Positions 28,767-37,414 of a DNA stretch of 40,090 nt are shown piece by piece. The notes beneath the pieces are model-generated. The model saw nothing but the letters and a program-made list of their open reading frames with translations, was not told the origin of the DNA and did not search any database. This stretch comes from Candidatus Micrarchaeota archaeon. Lineage in GTDB: Archaea > B1Sed10-29. Position 1 is the first letter of the stretch. Each line of letters opens with the position of its first letter. The position numbers and the translations under genes were made by a program. The DNA is taken from assembly GCA_964579265.1 (NCBI GenBank), contig CAZOFO010000006.1, positions 1 to 40,090 on the forward strand. The letters run 5' to 3'.

Positions 28767-28903
28767 AAATAAAAAACCAAGCCAGATACTAAAAGAAACA
28801 AACCTTATCCAATCTTATTCGTCCTATTTTCAATTCTTTTGAAACCAATTCTAAATGAACCTAAGCAAACTCTTAATATAGAGAATGATTTATTATTTAA
28901 CAT

Positions 28904-29587
28904 ATGACCCAAAAAATAGAAGCAGATAAAAAGATAGAATCAGGAGTATTCGATAAATATACCAAGAAGACAATATATAAATTACAGAGCAAAGGATACT
29001 TCGATACTCTAGACTTCCCAGTATCAACCGGGAAGGAAGCAGACGTATATAGGGGAACAACCAGAGATGATGAAAACGTAGCGGTAAAGATATACAGGAT
29101 AGAAACAACCAGATTCAAGAAAAAGAAAAAATATTTAGTTCACGATCCAAGATTTGAAGAAGTAAAAAGCTCAAGAAGAGGCATAATAAAACAGTGGTGT
29201 AAAAAAGAATACAGAAACCTAAGAGATGCAAGAGAAGCAGGAGTAAGATGTCCAAAACCAATTAAAGCAATTAATAATGTTCTAGTAATGGAGTATATAG
29301 GTAAAGAAGACGGTTCACCCGCACCTCTTCTCAAAGACGCTAAAATAGAAGAACCAAAAAAGATTATAGAAAAACTAAAAGAATACTTAGACCTACTATA
29401 TGAAGAAGCAGGATTAGTTCATAGCGATTTTAGTGAATTCAACATCCTTATACAAAATCAAGAACCAGTAATAATAGACATGGGGCAAGCAGTGAGCAAA
29501 AAACACCCTAAAGCTGAAGAATTTCTACAAAGAGACTTGAAAAACCTGAAGAAAATTTCGAACCAACGTAAATTCAAACAGGATTAA
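28904..29587 (+). CDS. rio1: Rio1 kinase/ATPase
   Basis: STGKEADVY, AVKIYR, KEYRNL, LVHSDFSEFNIL, IDMGQAV. Confidence 0.95.
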   Translation: MTQKIEADKKIESGVFDKYTKKTIYKLQSKGYFDTLDFPVSTGKEADVYRGTTRDDENVAVKIYRIETTRFKKKKKYLVHDPRFEEVKSSRRGIIKQWCKKEYRNLRDAREAGVRCPKPIKAINNVLVMEYIGKEDGSPAPLLKDAKIEEPKKIIEKLKEYLDLLYEEAGLVHSDFSEFNILIQNQEPVIIDMGQAVSKKHPKAEEFLQRDLKNLKKISNQRKFKQD

Positions 29588-29632
29588 AACAAGTCTTGAA
29601 TTAAATATAAAACCAAAAAAAGATAAAAAACC

Positions 29633-29661
29633 AAGGAGAGAAAAACTCTCCTTTTTTTTTT
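29633..29661. terminator. Hairpin plus T-run between convergent genes
   Basis: aaggagag-aaaaa-ctctcctt followed by a run of T. Confidence 0.6.
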
Positions 29662-29682
29662 AGATATACTAAAAAGATTTAT

Positions 29683-29796
29683 CTATAAAATTTGTCCATC
29701 CGTCCCTTTCAATTTTCCTTTCTTTGCATCCTTACTCATTTTATCCATAGCTTTCCTTATTTTACTTTTATCTTTGTTACTTAAGATATTGGTCAC
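29683..29796 (-). CDS. Putative small basic peptide (about 34-37 aa)
   Basis: (V)TNILSNKDKSKIRKAMDKMSKDAKKGKLKGTDGQIL; strong GAGGTGA SD; start codon ambiguous. Confidence 0.4.
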   Translation of the reverse strand: MTNILSNKDKSKIRKAMDKMSKDAKKGKLKGTDGQIL

Positions 29797-29819
29797 CTCA
29801 CGTGTTTATCATCTTTTTT

Positions 29820-29906
29820 CCAGATCACAATATCTATGTCCTGGAGCTATCGAATCCTCAACCGCTCACAACGAGCAGTCAAAGTGCTCCTCAGCATCGG
29901 GTGAAG
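29820..29906 (-). ncRNA. Candidate structured RNA or leader
   Basis: Minus strand GGAGC-A-CTTTGACTGCTC-GTTGT-GAGCGGTTGAGG-ATTCGATA-GCTCC; 12-bp stem with four G-U pairs possible only on the minus strand. Confidence 0.45.
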
Positions 29907-30107
29907 TATAGAATATTTAAGAAAGCCTACTATATATACTTTACCTTCTCGGAACCCCAAACCCAATTAATAACCAACCCTATACCCGGGATAAATACTT
30001 CGAGACTATACAAATATAGATAATCATTTATATAAAGGATATTAATTCAGTGAGTTCCAAAATACTTTTATCAAAGGAATACTTTAAAACAAAAAAGAGG
30101 AAATAAG

Positions 30108-31301
30108 ATGAAGAGATACAAAGCAGTTATATTCGACATGGATGGGACTTTGATAACTCTAGATGCAATTATAGAATCAATAAACAAAGCTCTAGAAAGT
30201 AATGATTATGAAAAACTTTCTGAAGAAGATATAAAGGAAAAAATAATAGGATACCCTCTAGCAGAATCTTTACAAAGAATAATGAACATTTCAGAGGAAG
30301 AAGCTGAAAAAGTAAGTGAAGACTACACCAGACACTACCTAAAATACAATGAAGAAAGCGAACCATACCCTGGAGTAGAGGAAACCTTGAGAAAACTGGA
30401 AGAAGAGGGAATAGAAATAGGAATAGCAACCACCAAAAAAAGATCCGAAGCCCTATCAAGCCTAGAAACATATCCTGAAATAGATTACAATGTTCTAATT
30501 GGAGGAGACGATGTTGAAGAGACTAAACCTAGCTCAGAACCAATAGAAAAAGCCTGTAAAATGCTCGGAATAAATCCAAAAGAAACATTATATGTTGGAG
30601 ACCACAAAGTAGATGTAAAAGCAGGTAAAAACGCAGGAACAGATGTTGTAGCTCTAACCACAGGGATACACGGTAAAAAAGAACTTGAAGAAGTTGAAAA
30701 AGGAAACATAGAAGTATGGATAAAGAATGAAATAAAGGAAGTGATTCCAATAGCTCTAAAAGAAGCAGAAGAAATAGAAAAAGAGATGAAAGTTCCAGAA
30801 GATAGAATAGGTGCATTAATAGGTAAAAAAGGAAAAACAAAGAAAAAAACAGAAAAAAAAGCAGACGTAGATCTCGAAATAGATTCAGAAACAGGAGAAG
30901 TAACACTAACCCGATACATGGGTAGATCACCGGAAAAATCAATAAGAGCCATAGATGTGATCAAAGCAATAGCAAAAGGATTCTCACCGAAAAAATCATT
31001 CAAACTACTGGAAAAAGATACCTACATAGATACAATAGACATATCAGAACATTCAAAAAAATCTAAAAAAGACTTGAAGCGGATAAAATCAAGGATAATA
31101 GGAAAAAAAGGAAAAACCAGGAAAAATATCGAAAGACTAACAAAGACAGACATATCAATAAGAGGAAAAAAAGCATCTATAATAGGAAAAATAGATCAAA
31201 TAAACCTAGCGAAAAGAGGAATAAAAAAGATAATACAAGGAACACCACACAATTCAGTCTACAGAGAACTAGAAGAAGAAAGAAGTAAAAAAACATGGTA
31301 A
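30108..31301 (+). CDS. Fusion of a HAD-family phosphatase and a two-KH-domain Dim2/Pno1-like RNA-binding protein
   Basis: N-part IFDMDGT, ATTK, TKP, YVGDHKVD; C-part VPEDRIGALIGKKG, AIAKGFSP, RIIGKKGKTR, GTPHNSVY; one uninterrupted frame. Confidence 0.9.
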   Translation: MKRYKAVIFDMDGTLITLDAIIESINKALESNDYEKLSEEDIKEKIIGYPLAESLQRIMNISEEEAEKVSEDYTRHYLKYNEESEPYPGVEETLRKLEEEGIEIGIATTKKRSEALSSLETYPEIDYNVLIGGDDVEETKPSSEPIEKACKMLGINPKETLYVGDHKVDVKAGKNAGTDVVALTTGIHGKKELEEVEKGNIEVWIKNEIKEVIPIALKEAEEIEKEMKVPEDRIGALIGKKGKTKKKTEKKADVDLEIDSETGEVTLTRYMGRSPEKSIRAIDVIKAIAKGFSPKKSFKLLEKDTYIDTIDISEHSKKSKKDLKRIKSRIIGKKGKTRKNIERLTKTDISIRGKKASIIGKIDQINLAKRGIKKIIQGTPHNSVYRELEEERSKKTW

Positions 31302-31496
31302 AAAGACAAAAAACACTATAAAAAGAAAGAGACAGAAAGATAAAAAACCAAAAGGTACAAAAAACACGAGAACAAAAAAACAATAAGGGAATTCTAAAGA
31401 GAAAATACAAAAAAGAAACCATAAAAAAACAAAACAAAAAGAAAAAAACTAAAACAAAACAAGAAGATAAAATTCAACACCTCAGGTGACGCGAAA

Positions 31497-33035
31497 ATGC
31501 CGGAACCCCAACAATTCCAAGAATTCAAAGAACATTCAGTAGCCGAATTTTTCAAGAAAAATAGACAGATGCTAGGATACTCTGGAAAAATAAAGAGCCT
31601 AACCACAGTAGTACACGAATACGTAACCAATGCCATAGACGCAGTAGAGGAAGAAGAAGACAACCTACCAGAAGTCTACGTAAAAATAGAAGAAATGGGA
31701 CCAGAACACTACAAAGTAATAACAGAAGACAACGGACCAGGAATACCTGAAAACTACATAGGAAAAGCATTCGGACAGATGCTAGCAGGAACAAAATTTC
31801 ATAGATTCATGCAACAAAGAGGACAACAAGGAATAGGAGCAGCAGGAGCAGTGATGTTCGGACAAGTAACCACAGGGAAACCTACTAAAGTAATAACAAG
31901 CAAAGGAGACGGAGAAATACTAGAATGTGACTTATCAATAGATGTGCAGAAAAATAGAGCAACACTGGACAACAAGAAAAGATACAGCGGAGAAATGAAA
32001 GGAACCAGACTAGAAACAGAAGTAAAAAATGTATTATACCAGAAAGGACAATACGGAGTAGACGAATACCTCAGAAGAACAGTCATAGCGAACCCCCATC
32101 TAAAACTAACCTACGTAGACCCGGAAGGAAAAACAGAGATATACGACAGAGCTGTAAAAGATCTGCCTAAAAGACCAAAAGAAGCCAAACCACATCCAAA
32201 AGGAATCACAACAGATGATTTACTAGGATACGCAGTCCAATCCCAATCAAGAAAAATCAAATCATTCCTAAAAAACGACTTCACAAGAATAAGCGGAAAT
32301 AAAGCTAAAAAAATACAGAAAAAAGTCAGCTTTGACCTTGACAAAAGACCAAAAGACCTAGAATGGGACGAAGCAGAAGAATTAGTAAACACATTCGAAG
32401 AAATAGACTTCATGAGACCCCCTACCGATGTATTAGTTCCAATAGGAGAAAAAAGACTGGAAAAAGCAGTAGAAGAACAATTAGAACCAGAATTCAAAGC
32501 AGTAATAGAGAGAAAACCAAAAGTATACAGAGGAGGAGTACCATTTGTAGTAGAAACAGCAATAGCCTATGGAGGGAAAGCAGGAAACAACAACGGAGAC
32601 GACGAAATGGAAATAATAAGATTCTCAAACAGAGTACCGCTTCTATTCAACAAAGGAACATGCGCAATAACCAAAGCATCACAATCAGTGGACTGGGACA
32701 GATACGGAGTAAAGGAAAATACCCCTCTAACCGTACTAGTGAACTTCACATCCATCCACGTCCCATACATAGGAGCAGGTAAAAAAGCAATAGCCGACGA
32801 AGAAGAGATAGTGAAAGAAATAAGATTAGCACTAATGAAAGCAGGTAGAAAACTCGGAAAATACCTAAAAGGAAAAAGAAAAAAGAAACAAAGACTACAG
32901 AAAAAGAAAACATTCGAAACATACATACCTGAAACAGCAAAATCACTAGCTGAAATAACCGGAGAAAACCAGGAAAAAATACAGAAAAGATTAGAAGCAG
33001 TAGTAAAACAAAGATTCTCCGACTTGGAAGAATGA
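31497..33035 (+). CDS. top6B: DNA topoisomerase VI subunit B
   Basis: AEFFKKNRQMLG, HEYVTNAID, EDNGPGI, RGQQGIG, RFSNRVPLL. Confidence 0.97.
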   Translation: MPEPQQFQEFKEHSVAEFFKKNRQMLGYSGKIKSLTTVVHEYVTNAIDAVEEEEDNLPEVYVKIEEMGPEHYKVITEDNGPGIPENYIGKAFGQMLAGTKFHRFMQQRGQQGIGAAGAVMFGQVTTGKPTKVITSKGDGEILECDLSIDVQKNRATLDNKKRYSGEMKGTRLETEVKNVLYQKGQYGVDEYLRRTVIANPHLKLTYVDPEGKTEIYDRAVKDLPKRPKEAKPHPKGITTDDLLGYAVQSQSRKIKSFLKNDFTRISGNKAKKIQKKVSFDLDKRPKDLEWDEAEELVNTFEEIDFMRPPTDVLVPIGEKRLEKAVEEQLEPEFKAVIERKPKVYRGGVPFVVETAIAYGGKAGNNNGDDEMEIIRFSNRVPLLFNKGTCAITKASQSVDWDRYGVKENTPLTVLVNFTSIHVPYIGAGKKAIADEEEIVKEIRLALMKAGRKLGKYLKGKRKKKQRLQKKKTFETYIPETAKSLAEITGENQEKIQKRLEAVVKQRFSDLEE

Positions 33036-33059
33036 AAATATAAAATAAAGGTGATAAAA

Positions 33060-34151
33060 ATGGCTGAAAAAACACAAAAAGAAACCGTTGAGAAACTAGA
33101 AGAATTCGGAAAACAATTGATGGAACAAGTAGAAAAAGGAGAAGCACCCTCCTTTCAAATACCAAGCAGAACAAGATCAAACGTAGAATTCGATGAAAAA
33201 ACCGAAATAGTAGACATAACAGGTAAAAAATCCACAAGATCATTCATAAACGCATCACACGTAAGAAAATTCATGCAAACCCTACTGGTAGCAAAAGCAG
33301 CGAGAGAATACATAGAAAACGATAGAACAGTAGGGAAAAGAGAGCTATACTACAACCTAAAACACAAACTACCTGGAACGAACAAAAACACTTGGGAAGA
33401 CGATGACGAATCAAGCGCAGTAATAGACGATATAGAAGCCATGCTCAACATCCCAAGATCAAAACTAAACATAGGGGCAAAGAAAAGAGGATCAGTCTAC
33501 GGAGACATAACCATAAAGCAAGCAGGAGACGAATTTTCCTGTAAAGAACTAGGAAAAGGAGGATGGAGCATACCTGGAAACGTAGAAGATGTAGAGATAG
33601 TGGACTATGATGCAGAAAGAATAATATTCATAGAGAACGACGCTATGCAATCAAGGCTAATAGAAGAAGAAGCCTACGAATCTCTAGACTCATTACTAGT
33701 AACAGGAGAAGGAGTCCCACCAAGAGGAGTAAGAAGATTCGTTAACAGACTTCAAAAAGAAACAGGACTACCAGTAATAGTATTCGTAGATGGAGATCCT
33801 TACGGATTCTACATCCACAGCGTGATAAAACACGGTTCAATGCAGCTAGCACACATAAACAAAAGATACGCCATACCAGAAGCAAAATATATAGGCATGA
33901 CAATGGACGATATAGACAGATACGACCTACAAAACGTGACAGAAAACCTAGGAGAAGGAGCAAGGAAAAAACTAGAACACAACCTAAACTACGAATGGTT
34001 CCAACACCACCCAGAATGGGTAAAACAAATGAAAAAAATGAAGAAAAAGGGCGTGAGAATAGAACAGCAAGCACTAGCAAACAAATCACTAGAATTCGTA
34101 GCAGAAAAATATCTGCCTGAAAAAATAGAGAACAAAGAATTCCTACCCTGA
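33060..34151 (+). CDS. top6A: DNA topoisomerase VI subunit A
   Basis: RELYY (catalytic Tyr), TOPRIM IFIE, DGDPYG, IEQQAL. Confidence 0.96.
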   Translation: MAEKTQKETVEKLEEFGKQLMEQVEKGEAPSFQIPSRTRSNVEFDEKTEIVDITGKKSTRSFINASHVRKFMQTLLVAKAAREYIENDRTVGKRELYYNLKHKLPGTNKNTWEDDDESSAVIDDIEAMLNIPRSKLNIGAKKRGSVYGDITIKQAGDEFSCKELGKGGWSIPGNVEDVEIVDYDAERIIFIENDAMQSRLIEEEAYESLDSLLVTGEGVPPRGVRRFVNRLQKETGLPVIVFVDGDPYGFYIHSVIKHGSMQLAHINKRYAIPEAKYIGMTMDDIDRYDLQNVTENLGEGARKKLEHNLNYEWFQHHPEWVKQMKKMKKKGVRIEQQALANKSLEFVAEKYLPEKIENKEFLP

Positions 34152-34257
34152 AAAGTAAAAACTAAATAAAGGAATTAACAAAACCTTAATAAAAGTCAAA
34201 ATCAATAATAATTACGGACATAAAATAATTACATAAGCTCACCTAGGTGAAATCAAA

Positions 34258-34650
34258 ATGGAAGTAATAAAATGTAACGATAAAGAAGAACTCTTCGAAA
34301 AACTCGAAGAAATAGAAGGAAACGAAGAAGAAATTTACATTTCTCTAAGACCAACTCAAGAGATAACTGAAGAAATACTGGAAAGAGCAGAAACCCTCAA
34401 AAAACTCAAATGTCCTGAAAGTCTCTACTACCAAGTCGGGGAAAAAGTAGCTAAAAAACTAAAAGACCAAGGCGTCCAGTTAGAACCAGGAGACTTCTCA
34501 CCTGGAAGACCAAAAAAATACTCAGAAGAAGAAATAGAAAGAATGCTAGAACTCAGAGAAAAAGGTAAATCAGTAAAAGAAATAAGCGAAAACATGGAAG
34601 TACCAGTAAGAACAGTATACTTCTACCTTAACAAAGAAAACCCAGTTTAA
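34258..34650 (+). CDS. DUF1699-like protein with C-terminal HTH
   Basis: YISLRPT, CPESLY, GRPKKYS, SVKEISENMEVPVRTVYFYL. Confidence 0.75.
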   Translation: MEVIKCNDKEELFEKLEEIEGNEEEIYISLRPTQEITEEILERAETLKKLKCPESLYYQVGEKVAKKLKDQGVQLEPGDFSPGRPKKYSEEEIERMLELREKGKSVKEISENMEVPVRTVYFYLNKENPV

Positions 34651-34671
34651 GAAAATAAAAATAACTATTTT

Positions 34672-34980
34672 TTAATCTTCTAAATCCAGTTCCCCCTTCT
34701 CAAGCTTCTTCAAAATTCTCTTATGACCTTTTTTAGCCTCTTCCTCAGATTTATATCTATCCATATAAAGAGTTTTACTTAGATCAGGTTCCACTTCCCC
34801 CTCCCCCTCCTCAAAAGGGAAGATACTTGTCTCATACATACCTTCTTCTTCTATCTGGTCTTCAGCTTCTTCTGTAAGAAAACCTTCAAATTCTTCTACG
34901 AGTAGCTTGACCGTGGAAACTCTATACTTCTTTCCATCGACCTCTACCTCGTCCGAAATCACATCGCTGTTCTCCACCAT
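34672..34980 (-). CDS. Acidic hypothetical protein
   Basis: GAGGTG SD; VSTV, YETSIF, RYKSEEEAKKGH motifs. Confidence 0.75.
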   Translation of the reverse strand: MVENSDVISDEVEVDGKKYRVSTVKLLVEEFEGFLTEEAEDQIEEEGMYETSIFPFEEGEGEVEPDLSKTLYMDRYKSEEEAKKGHKRILKKLEKGELDLED

Positions 34981-35122
34981 GAAGACACCTCAAATCTTTA
35001 TATTACAAAGACCATCATTATATATTAATCAAAGGTAGTTTTTATATACTGCGGTAAAGATTCTTATACTTGGATTTCTCCAAAAAAGACAGGTAAAAAT
35101 TAAATTTTCAAATAGATTTTAA

Positions 35123-35195
35123 GTCGGGGTAGCTCAGTTGGAAGAGCACATGGCTGTTAACCGTGCGGTCGAGGGTTCAAATCCCTTCCCCGACG
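35123..35195 (+). tRNA. tRNA-Asn(GTT)
   Basis: GTCGGGG acceptor stem, TAGCTCAGTTGGAAGAGC D-arm, CATGG-CT-GTT-AA-CCGTG, GGTTCAAATCC, CCCCGAC-G. Confidence 0.96.
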
Positions 35196-35286
35196 TCCGA
35201 ATAATTCTTCAAATCTCAAAGGTATTCCCCACACCTACCCCTCCAAGTTTAAAAAGAACAAAATTTATACAATTACATAGATTAAT

Positions 35287-36129
35287 ATGGGTAAAAAAAG
35301 AAAAGCAAAAAGAAAGGAGTTAGAAAAAAAATGGAAAGAAATGGAAGCAAGAATGAAAGAAATGAATATAGACAGAGAGAAACTAAAAGAAAAAGTACGG
35401 GAGAAAGAGGCTCGAAAGGAAAAATTAGAAGGAAAAAGCAGGGGAAGATACGAAAAAGCACAGGAAATCTACAAAGAAGAATTTAAAGAGAAAAAAGAAA
35501 GATTCGAGAAAAAAGTAGAAAAACTAGAAGAAAGACTAAAAAACACTGGAAAGCAAGAAATGGCAGAAGAAATAAAAAGACTTAGTAGAAAACCAGAAAA
35601 AGTAGAAAGCCTAAAAGAGAAACTAGAGAATGCTGGAGAACACGAAATGGTAGAGCTACTTGAAAAAACAGAAAAAGCTAGAAAAAGATCTCTAGCCAGT
35701 TCAGAAGGATCTAAAAAACCTAAAAGAAGATCAAAATATATGGAGCCAGCACTTAAAACAGAAGAAAAAGCTAAAGAACTTGAAGAGCTAAGAGGTTACG
35801 GAGAAGAGGGAGTAAGAAGGCAAGCAGAAAGAGTTAAAAGTCGAGAGCGCCAGGATTTAAAGGAATTAAAAGAAATGAAGAAGGAGCTGGAAAAAGCAAT
35901 TGAATTAAAAAGTCAAGGAAGGTTGGACGAAGCACAGGAGATATACCAAAAACAAGCTAAGGAAAAAGAAGGAAAGGAGAAGGAAACAGCTGAAAAAAGA
36001 ATGAGTGAAAATGTAAAAGAGCTTAAACTAAAATTGGGTAAAACCCTCACACCTAAAGAAATGGATAAGATGAAAGAAGCAAGAGAACAAATAGAAAGAG
36101 AAATAGAAAGATTAGAAAAACAAATGTGA
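35287..36129 (+). CDS. Lys/Glu-rich coiled-coil hypothetical protein
   Basis: 280-aa open frame, mostly charged and helical; basic N-terminus; internal repeat EKLEERLKNTGKQEMAE / ESLKEKLENAGEHEMVE. Confidence 0.7.
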   Translation: MGKKRKAKRKELEKKWKEMEARMKEMNIDREKLKEKVREKEARKEKLEGKSRGRYEKAQEIYKEEFKEKKERFEKKVEKLEERLKNTGKQEMAEEIKRLSRKPEKVESLKEKLENAGEHEMVELLEKTEKARKRSLASSEGSKKPKRRSKYMEPALKTEEKAKELEELRGYGEEGVRRQAERVKSRERQDLKELKEMKKELEKAIELKSQGRLDEAQEIYQKQAKEKEGKEKETAEKRMSENVKELKLKLGKTLTPKEMDKMKEAREQIEREIERLEKQM

Positions 36130-36218
36130 AAAAGTTAACTCCTCCGAATACTGAATAGCAATTACCAGTCTTAATCCAGAAACTCAAGAATATAATCTAT
36201 TTTTACCTCTTCACATCT

Positions 36219-36956
36219 CTATATCTTCACTATCTCGAACTGCCTAGGCGTGGTGATTTCCAGTTCTTTTCCATCTCTTATAATGAAGTTTATCTCGCTT
36301 CTGGCTCCGAAATCCGTTCCTTCGAGGTATATACCTGGCTCCAGGGCGTAACCCAAGTTTCTTTCCAGTCTCTCACTGTTTTCTTCATATATATCTAATC
36401 CATCACCATGGCAATTCTCTATTCCGAGAGGATGGCCTGAATTATGTTTTATTCCTTTCCCGTATCCTCCTTCCTTTATGCATTTTTTAACTACCTTATC
36501 TACTTCTTTACCTTTTGGAATCTTACCCTGGTTTAGATTATTTTCTAAGTAGTTCAAGGCTTTTTCCCGAGCCTCAATAACTATATTGAATATTTCCAAA
36601 AGCTTCTTTGGGATTTCGTTCCCGTGATAACCCATCCACGTAATATCGGCAAAAGGAGCTTCTTCCATATCTAAGGAAGACCATATGTCTATCCAGACAT
36701 TTGAATCTTCTTTTAGACCTTTGGATTCCTTAGAAGGGAAGTTATGTATCTCTTCCGTATTCCCACGGAAAGCAACCATAACTAGATCTCTGTTAGCATC
36801 CATAGATCTCTTTTGAAGCTCATCAATTATTAATCCTTGTACTTCGTATTCCATGGAACCAGGATTATCTTTTAAATAATCGAAAGCTAAATTTTTAACC
36901 TCATCTAATAATTTTGCGGCTTCTCTATGCATCTGTATCTGTTCTCGACTCCACAT
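36219..36956 (-). CDS. M24 family metallopeptidase (catalytic domain only)
   Basis: WIDIW, ADITW, HNSGH, LEPGIY, ARSE; start is ATG 36956 or TTG 36962. Confidence 0.88.
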   Translation of the reverse strand: MWSREQIQMHREAAKLLDEVKNLAFDYLKDNPGSMEYEVQGLIIDELQKRSMDANRDLVMVAFRGNTEEIHNFPSKESKGLKEDSNVWIDIWSSLDMEEAPFADITWMGYHGNEIPKKLLEIFNIVIEAREKALNYLENNLNQGKIPKGKEVDKVVKKCIKEGGYGKGIKHNSGHPLGIENCHGDGLDIYEENSERLERNLGYALEPGIYLEGTDFGARSEINFIIRDGKELEITTPRQFEIVKI

Positions 36957-37085
36957 GAACAATAAAAGCACCTAGCAGTTTAAAAAACTATACTGCCCTG
37001 TCCATAAGAATTGGAAGAAATAGTAATAGAGATAATCAATAAAACATATAAATCCAGAGAACATTATCAAAACAAGTGAAGAGAT

Positions 37086-37391
37086 ATGATAGAAAAAGGA
37101 CCTATAAAAAATATAATTCCTTCAATTCTGCCTCCAGTACTATTCAACCCTCTTAGCAGATTATTTGACCCATTTGGAAAACTATCCGAATTCTTTTTCT
37201 ACGCCAGAGTTATAATAGCTGTAATATTAGTATTATACGTTCACAAAGTACTAAATACAGGTTCAAAAGTAACTGTAATAATAGGAGCAATAATATTCCT
37301 TGTTTTCTTCACTGATTTCTGGATATTTGGATCAATGCAGATCATAGCATTAACTATAATAGCCGTACTATTATTAAAATTCCTAGATTAA
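37086..37391 (+). CDS. Small membrane protein
   Basis: GTGA SD; about three hydrophobic segments. Confidence 0.65.
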   Translation: MIEKGPIKNIIPSILPPVLFNPLSRLFDPFGKLSEFFFYARVIIAVILVLYVHKVLNTGSKVTVIIGAIIFLVFFTDFWIFGSMQIIALTIIAVLLLKFLD

Positions 37392-37414
37392 ACAAAAATC
37401 AAGGAGATTAAAAA

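Noticed and set aside
28769..29635. ATAAAAAACCAAG repeated on both sides of rio1
   Set aside because: Low-complexity A-rich word; a near copy also occurs at about 31340.
29860..29900. CTGAGGA on the minus strand matches the hammerhead CUGANGA core
   Set aside because: No GAAA follows the candidate stem II and no stem I/III arrangement is present.
23790..30059. TGAGTTCCA upstream of TATA-like boxes at about 23790 and 30051
   Set aside because: Only two copies of a 9-mer, non-palindromic, before unrelated genes.
31302..31496. A-rich spacer with Lys-rich open frames
   Set aside because: No usable start codon or SD; explained by strand bias.
33033..33060. top6B and top6A are in frame and separated by a single TGA (readthrough or selenocysteine fusion)
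   Set aside because: top6A has its own GGTGA SD and ATG, no SECIS-like hairpin was seen, and same-frame neighbours are common by chance (also at 12480-13994).
35138..35323. 61-aa ORF
   Set aside because: Overlaps tRNA-Asn.
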